A DNA stretch of 64,000 bases from an uncultured Gemmatimonadota bacterium (lineage in GTDB: Bacteria > JAAXHH01). The position numbers were made by a program, and so were the translations under genes. The stretch is taken from positions 2,816,001 to 2,880,000 of the forward strand of contig OX638340.1 in NCBI GenBank assembly GCA_951812955.1, in the 5' to 3' direction. Under the pieces are notes generated by a model. The model had not been told where the DNA came from and ran no database searches. It worked only from the letters and a program-made list of their open reading frames with translations. Below are positions 59,204 to 64,000 of this stretch, one piece after another; the first letter of the stretch is position 1; each line of letters starts with the position of its first letter.

Positions 59204-62200
59204 ATTCTGAGGTAATCTTCTTCCAGTACCTTGCCCAGACAGTGCAGAAGATAATCGGCGTTCTCCCTGTCGAATACCAGGGGAGGCTTGATCTTCAGGA
59301 CATTGTGGAAGGGGCCGTCGGTACTGATCAGGACTCCGTGGTCCCGCATCCGGTTGGCCACGTAGGACGCCTGGTTCCCGGCGGGTTCCAGGGTGTCCTG
59401 GTCCAGTACGAGTTCCACGCCCACGTAGAGCCCCAAGCCGCGGACGTCGCCAATGACCGGGTGGTCCGGCGCCAGGGCGCGAAGGCCTTCCAGCAGGTAG
59501 CCGCCCACATCCAGGGCATTGGACTGCAGTCCTTCTTCCTCGATGACGTCCAGTACCGCCAGGCCGATGGCGCAGGAAACCGGGTTGCCGCCGAAGGTGT
59601 TGAAATACTCCATGCCGTTGTCGAATGCGCTGGCGATCTCCGGCGTGGTTACCACCGCGCCCAGCGGGTGGCCGTTTCCGATGGGTTTCCCCAGGGTGAC
59701 GATATCCGGCACCGCGTCCTGGGTTTCAAATCCCCAGAAATGAGTGCCCACCCGTCCGAATCCCACCTGTACCTCGTCGGCGATGCACACGCCCCCCGCT
59801 TCACGCACATGCCGGAAGGCCTCGCTGAAATATCCGTCCGGCAACACGATCTGTCCCCCGCAGCCGGGCAGGGATTCGGCGATGAACGCGCTGATCCCTT
59901 TGTCGTTTTCCGCGAGCGATTCGATGCATTTGCGTACATGATCCGCGTACCGCGCACCGGTCGCCTCGGAATAGCCCTTGTACGGACCACGGTAAGGATC
60001 GGGAAGAGGCATTTTGTGGACGTGGGACGGTGCGCCGGTGCCGCCCGGTCCGTCGAACTTGTACGGACTGATATCGATCAGGGACGTCAGGTTGCCGTGA
60101 TAGGCGCCGTCGAGGATGAGCAGGTCGTTCTGTCCGGTATAGCACCGCGACAGGCGCAGGGCGAGGTCGTTCGCCTCGCTACCGGAGTTCACGAAGTAAC
60201 ACACGCTGAGGGAGTCGGGCAGTTTCGCGCAGAGGCGTTCGGCGTAATCCACGAGATTGTCGTGCAGGTAGCGTGTATTGGTGTTCAGGACCGCCATCTG
60301 GCGGTGACTCGCGGCAACCACCCTTGGATGGCTGTGGCCCACGTGGGGGACGTTGTTCACGGCGTCCAGGAACGCGCGCCCTTCATCGTCGTAAAGGTAC
60401 TGCATGTGGCCCCGGACGATCTTGAGGGGCCGCTGGTAGGATATGCTGAGGGACCTGCCGATGTGCTCGCGGCGTGAGGACAGGATATCCCGCGAAGACC
60501 GCTGACCCGGCGGGAAAGCCTCGGAAGGCACGCCCAGGATGACGTTCGGGTCGGGTGAGAGATCCAGCCAGACATTCCGTTGCCCGGGCCCACCCACGCC
60601 GGGGAAATCGCCCCGGTTGCCCAGCATGTCCGTGACAATCTGGAAATGCAGGTGGGGCGGCCAGCCGCCGTTGACGGAAGAGTCGCCGAGTGCGGCGAAT
60701 CGTTCTCCCCGCCCGATCGGTTTGCCCTCGAGCAGACCGGTGAGCGATTCGGCGCTCAGATGCCCGTATAGCGTGTAGAACACCTGGCCGGTATCTTCCG
60801 TGGCATGCTCCAGAATGATACAGGGCCCGTAGTCCAGCGGCTGGGTGTTGTTCTGAAAGCTGTGGACCGTCCCCTCCAAGGGGGCGAAGACCGGCGACCC
60901 GGCAGGAAGGAACACGTCCATCCCCAGGTGGATGGTCCTGCGTTCCGGCATCTCGTCGAAGTCGACGATGAACTGGTCGGCGGTGTAGACCTGTCGGGCC
61001 TCGTTGTACCGCCCGATCCCCGCTTCCGCCCCCGCGGATTCCATCTGCTTGAATATGTCCCCGGCAAGGTCTTCCACGTCAACCGAACCCCCCAGCAGAG
61101 CCCGATCGGGACTTCCCACGCTGAGATCAAACACGAGCGCAGTGGATAGATCCACGTCCGGACCCATGACAGGTGCGAATGAACCGCGTCTCGACGCCAG
61201 GTACGATGCGATCCCGGCGGTCTGCGGACACGGCGGCAGTTGACAGGCGTCCCGGAACAGGTATTCCGCGAAGGATGGGGAGACGTCCTCCAGTTTTTCG
61301 ATTAGGTCCCAGGCATGCTTTTCGCTGACGGAGAGGTAGGTGTTCTCCGGTTCGGCGACCTGCTGATGAGCCGAGATGGCCACGCTCATGCACAGCCGCA
61401 TCATGGCGCAGTGGTAGAACAGTTCAAATTCCAGGTCTGACAGAGGGTGCTCCCGGTGGTAACCCGCTACCAGATGGGCGGCGGCCGACAGGGGCTCCGC
61501 CTTGCCGAGCATGACATAGGCGGCGGCGACGGCGGGTTCGAAGAGCACGCAGGAATGCGCCATGTCTCCGAAATCGATCAGGCCTGCCACTTGCGGTTTG
61601 CTCGAAGCCGGATCTTCACGTCCGTTTGATTGGACCCGGCGGACCAGGCGGACCAGGATATTCTGGTCGTTTGCGTCGTTTTGTATGAACTGGCGGGGGA
61701 GTGACGAGAGACAGGGAACAACGGTACGCTCGTACGAGTCGCAGAATCGTAAGACCAGCCTTCGTCGGTCAGCGTCCGGGATATGGCCCGCATATCGTCG
61801 AACGACATCCGGCCCGTTGTCCATGTTCCATATGAGATCCGGCTGTTTCTCTGTGTGGCAGAAGTCCGTGAAAGCACGGGTCATCCTGCCCAGAAAAGCA
61901 CCGAGATCCCGCAGCAGATCGGGACTGTGAGGCTTAATCTCACACAGCGGGCGGCCCTCGATGTACGTCAGCATCCGGACCAGGTGGCGCAGTCCGTCCC
62001 TCCCGTCGATCCGCGTAATGCCGCTGCCCTCCTTCGTCCGGCAGACCCGAGGCCACTCGGTCCCTTCGAATCTACCGGCCAGGTGATCCAGGGCGGCGTG
62101 CTGCAGTTCGAGAATGCTCCGCTGCTCGCCCGCGCCGGAAATCTTAAGGACGAAAACCTCGCCGTCGTCGGTGGTCAGACGAAAGTTCTGATCCCGCTCG

Positions 62201-62319
62201 CTCGGCAATGCGCGCAAGTCCCCGGATACTCCGTACAGGGAGCGGGCCAGTTCAGCAGCTTCTTCGGGGGAGAAGCGGGGACGATTTTCGGCGATTCCGG
62301 ACAAATCGGTCCTTCTCAT
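59194..62319 (-). CDS. Tri-domain fusion: aminoglycoside-phosphotransferase-fold kinase (hydroxylysine-kinase-like) + M23/LytM-like domain + class III aminotransferase-fold phospho-lyase (AGXT2L/ETNPPL/PHYKPL-like)
   Basis: N-terminal APH fold ([11 protein letters not shown]; catalytic loop [12 protein letters not shown]). Middle M23-like segment (LYGHLS...[10 protein letters not shown]). C-terminal class III PLP enzyme ([18 protein letters not shown]..., [33 protein letters not shown]). 1041 aa. Confidence 0.7.
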   Translation of the reverse strand: MRRTDLSGIAENRPRFSPEEAAELARSLYGVSGDLRALPSERDQNFRLTTDDGEVFVLKISGAGEQRSILELQHAALDHLAGRFEGTEWPRVCRTKEGSGITRIDGRDGLRHLVRMLTYIEGRPLCEIKPHSPDLLRDLGAFLGRMTRAFTDFCHTEKQPDLIWNMDNGPDVVRRYAGHIPDADRRRLVLRFCDSYERTVVPCLSSLPRQFIQNDANDQNILVRLVRRVQSNGREDPASSKPQVAGLIDFGDMAHSCVLFEPAVAAAYVMLGKAEPLSAAAHLVAGYHREHPLSDLEFELFYHCAMMRLCMSVAISAHQQVAEPENTYLSVSEKHAWDLIEKLEDVSPSFAEYLFRDACQLPPCPQTAGIASYLASRRGSFAPVMGPDVDLSTALVFDLSVGSPDRALLGGSVDVEDLAGDIFKQMESAGAEAGIGRYNEARQVYTADQFIVDFDEMPERRTIHLGMDVFLPAGSPVFAPLEGTVHSFQNNTQPLDYGPCIILEHATEDTGQVFYTLYGHLSAESLTGLLEGKPIGRGERFAALGDSSVNGGWPPHLHFQIVTDMLGNRGDFPGVGGPGQRNVWLDLSPDPNVILGVPSEAFPPGQRSSRDILSSRREHIGRSLSISYQRPLKIVRGHMQYLYDDEGRAFLDAVNNVPHVGHSHPRVVAASHRQMAVLNTNTRYLHDNLVDYAERLCAKLPDSLSVCYFVNSGSEANDLALRLSRCYTGQNDLLILDGAYHGNLTSLIDISPYKFDGPGGTGAPSHVHKMPLPDPYRGPYKGYSEATGARYADHVRKCIESLAENDKGISAFIAESLPGCGGQIVLPDGYFSEAFRHVREAGGVCIADEVQVGFGRVGTHFWGFETQDAVPDIVTLGKPIGNGHPLGAVVTTPEIASAFDNGMEYFNTFGGNPVSCAIGLAVLDVIEEEGLQSNALDVGGYLLEGLRALAPDHPVIGDVRGLGLYVGVELVLDQDTLEPAGNQASYVANRMRDHGVLISTDGPFHNVLKIKPPLVFDRENADYLLHCLGKVLEEDYLRIPA

Positions 62320-62401
62320 GGATGGTATGTCAAGGTAGTGGTTTCCGGACAGGCGCGGCAGTTACGAGACGCTGTCCCGGTGCGTTCAACCAGCCTGTCG
62401 G

Positions 62402-63313
62402 TTACCGCGCATAATCATCGTCACTGTTTCCGCGCCAGTCGGGGAGATATCCCTCTGTATGTCCGAATCCGTACGAGGGCCCGATCTGGTTGACCGACTT
62501 CCACGGCCAGGCCTGGCCGCCGATAAGGCGGAATTCGTCCCCCTTGCCGCAAAGCCAGTAGAACATATGGGCCACGTAGCGGGCCAATCCGTGTCCCCCG
62601 TAGTCGGCGTGCCTGAAGTCGAATTCCGGTTCGGTGATCCAGTCCCTCGCCGGCGGCACCGTGCGCCAGTAGCTGAACTTCAGCATGTGCCGCAGGCCAC
62701 TTGCGGTGGATTCGCCACGGCGGTGCAGGATGCTCTGCGAGTGCAGGCCGATGGTACCCGCGGGGCCCGAACACAGCACGCCCCGTTCCTCCTGCGTTCG
62801 CCGGGTGTTTCGGATATGAGATCCGGGCGTGACCTCGGTCGGCCCCATTTCATCGGGGGTGTCTTGCGGAAAATAGAACACCTCGACGAAATTGACCTCC
62901 GGCCCGAACACGTGGTCGGCGTCATGGTGCCACGGCTGTGATTCCTTTGGACATTCGATCCTGTGATTGCTTACAAGCACCGGCAGGCCCACGTGGCGGC
63001 CGAGCAGCGAGCGCAACGCACCCGCAAGCACGGGATTAAGGAGGACGTGTTCGATGAACCAGTCTTCGAGCAGAATCGAACTCGGTTCATGCGTATCCCG
63101 AATACGGATCAGTTCTTCCTCGGTCATCCCGTCGGGCAGGTAGCACGGATTGACGGGGATCTCACCGTTCAGCCATGCGCAGGTGCGCCGGTTGATCTCA
63201 TCGGGCACGACACCTTCGAAATGAAGGTAGCCCTCCCTGCAGAAGCGCAGTACCTCAGTATCGGAAAGTGAAGGAGCGCACTCGAAGGTCCGTCTGGACG
63301 CGTCGTAATGCAT
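62402..63313 (-). CDS. PhyH-family Fe(II)/2OG dioxygenase
   Basis: WHHDADH (HxD), EVTPGSH (distal His), N-terminal LRFCREGYLHFEGVVPDEI typical of PhyH. Confidence 0.55.
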   Translation of the reverse strand: MHYDASRRTFECAPSLSDTEVLRFCREGYLHFEGVVPDEINRRTCAWLNGEIPVNPCYLPDGMTEEELIRIRDTHEPSSILLEDWFIEHVLLNPVLAGALRSLLGRHVGLPVLVSNHRIECPKESQPWHHDADHVFGPEVNFVEVFYFPQDTPDEMGPTEVTPGSHIRNTRRTQEERGVLCSGPAGTIGLHSQSILHRRGESTASGLRHMLKFSYWRTVPPARDWITEPEFDFRHADYGGHGLARYVAHMFYWLCGKGDEFRLIGGQAWPWKSVNQIGPSYGFGHTEGYLPDWRGNSDDDYAR

Positions 63314-63468
63314 GTTTTATTCCTTGATTATGGCGTTGAGCGAGGTCAACTTCCCGTACGAACCTGTCGGTAGTTCAATGTTGAAATATGCAGTGCGGAT
63401 CGCCGGAGGGACAAGGAATTTCCGGTCGGTCGCATCCATTGCTCGGTTTAAAGAAGGAGTACGAAACC

Positions 63469-64000
63469 ATGGGTATTTACGAAAACATCGGCGTGCGCCC
63501 GGTAATCAACGCCATCGGCACGCCTACGCGTTACGGAGGAGCCCTCCTAGACCCGGATATCATGGAGACCATGCGCGTAGCCTCCCGGGAGTTCTGCCTC
63601 CTGGACGAGTTGCACGAGAAGGCCGGAGAGAAAGTCGCCGGTATGCTGGGCGTGGAAGCGGCCTACGTAACCGCCAGCGCCGCGTGCGGCCTGGTCATCA
63701 CTACGGCGGCCTGCATGACGGGGACTGACCCGAAGCGTATACGCCAGCTACCGGACACGACTGGGATGCGTGACGAGGTGGTCGTCCAGAAGACCCACCG
63801 GATCGCCTACGACCAGGCCATTCGGCTGACTGGCGCCAGACTGGTCGAGCTGGACGATTCGGACGGCCCCCCGGTCGAGGCCATGCGGGCGGCCATCGGG
63901 GACGGAACGCGCGCGGCGGCGGTCTTTTACCTGGGCAAGAACTTCAAGAAACCGAAGTCCGTCCCGCTGGAACAGGCCGTGGCTATGGCCCACGCCGTGG
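63469..64000 (+). CDS. SelA-like / DgaE-family PLP-dependent enzyme (5' partial, runs off window end)
   Basis: N-terminus IYENIGVRPVINAIGTPTRYGGALLDPDIMETM...AAYVTASAACGLVITTAACM resembles the L-seryl-tRNA(Sec) selenium-transferase-like superfamily (e.g. D-glucosaminate-6-phosphate ammonia-lyase). Remembered consensus only. Confidence 0.4.
   Translation, partial: MGIYENIGVRPVINAIGTPTRYGGALLDPDIMETMRVASREFCLLDELHEKAGEKVAGMLGVEAAYVTASAACGLVITTAACMTGTDPKRIRQLPDTTGMRDEVVVQKTHRIAYDQAIRLTGARLVELDDSDGPPVEAMRAAIGDGTRAAAVFYLGKNFKKPKSVPLEQAVAMAHAV

Noticed and set aside
59242-60477. 411-aa + ORF inside the kinase/phospho-lyase fusion gene
   Set aside because: It is antisense to a strongly supported class III aminotransferase domain and has no family features.

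Overview
This is a high-GC (~62-65%) bacterial chromosomal window with no rRNA, CRISPR array, transposase or integrase. It opens with conserved housekeeping genes: CDP-alcohol phosphatidyltransferase, a C-terminal processing protease, tRNA-Leu(UAG), the tig-clpP-clpX-lon proteostasis cluster, serS-tsaE, holA, rsgA, dacB and thrC. A ~680-bp AT-rich divergent regulatory island (17243-17934) then precedes an accessory cell-envelope locus (17.9-34 kb). That locus encodes, in order: a TonB-dependent receptor; a ~1070-aa secreted protein with a clear type IX secretion (T9SS/Por) C-terminal sorting domain; a PorV/PorQ-like outer-membrane beta-barrel protein; a hexahaem c-type cytochrome; TPR and NHL-repeat proteins; a small dually anchored lipoprotein; an ASPIC/UnbV FG-GAP protein; and a Wzx-type flippase on the opposite strand. 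The T9SS domain places the organism in the FCB superphylum (Bacteroidota, Rhodothermota, Gemmatimonadota and relatives). The third quarter carries rlmB, ppdK, chrA and a block of catabolic genes (PhyH-family dioxygenases, a family-5 solute-binding protein, an MR/MLE dehydratase, an orphan rtcB, a TauD dioxygenase, a DSD1-family PLP enzyme, a sulfatase with no signal peptide and a class V aminotransferase). The last quarter holds: an XPB-like helicase followed by its DUF790 (Bax1-like) partner; a 919-aa FG-GAP protein with no leader peptide; an ANT(6)-type aminoglycoside nucleotidyltransferase homologue; and a coherent hydroxylysine-type catabolic set comprising an ALDH7-family dehydrogenase, PhyH-like dioxygenases, a 1041-aa kinase-M23-class III aminotransferase fusion and a SelA-like PLP enzyme. 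The most unusual structure not explained by gene annotation is a set of at least eight short (18-59 bp) two-copy tandem duplications. Five of them begin inside the last codons of a gene, so the stop codon is duplicated (tig, lon/tsaE, rsgA, the DSD1-like gene, and near the PhyH-like gene). The candidate new system is the adjacent beta-barrel plus multihaem cytochrome pair inside a T9SS/TonB locus, which could be a porin-cytochrome electron conduit or a cofactor-dependent surface complex. Many long ORFs on the opposite strand or in other frames of real genes are GC-driven shadow ORFs and were rejected.
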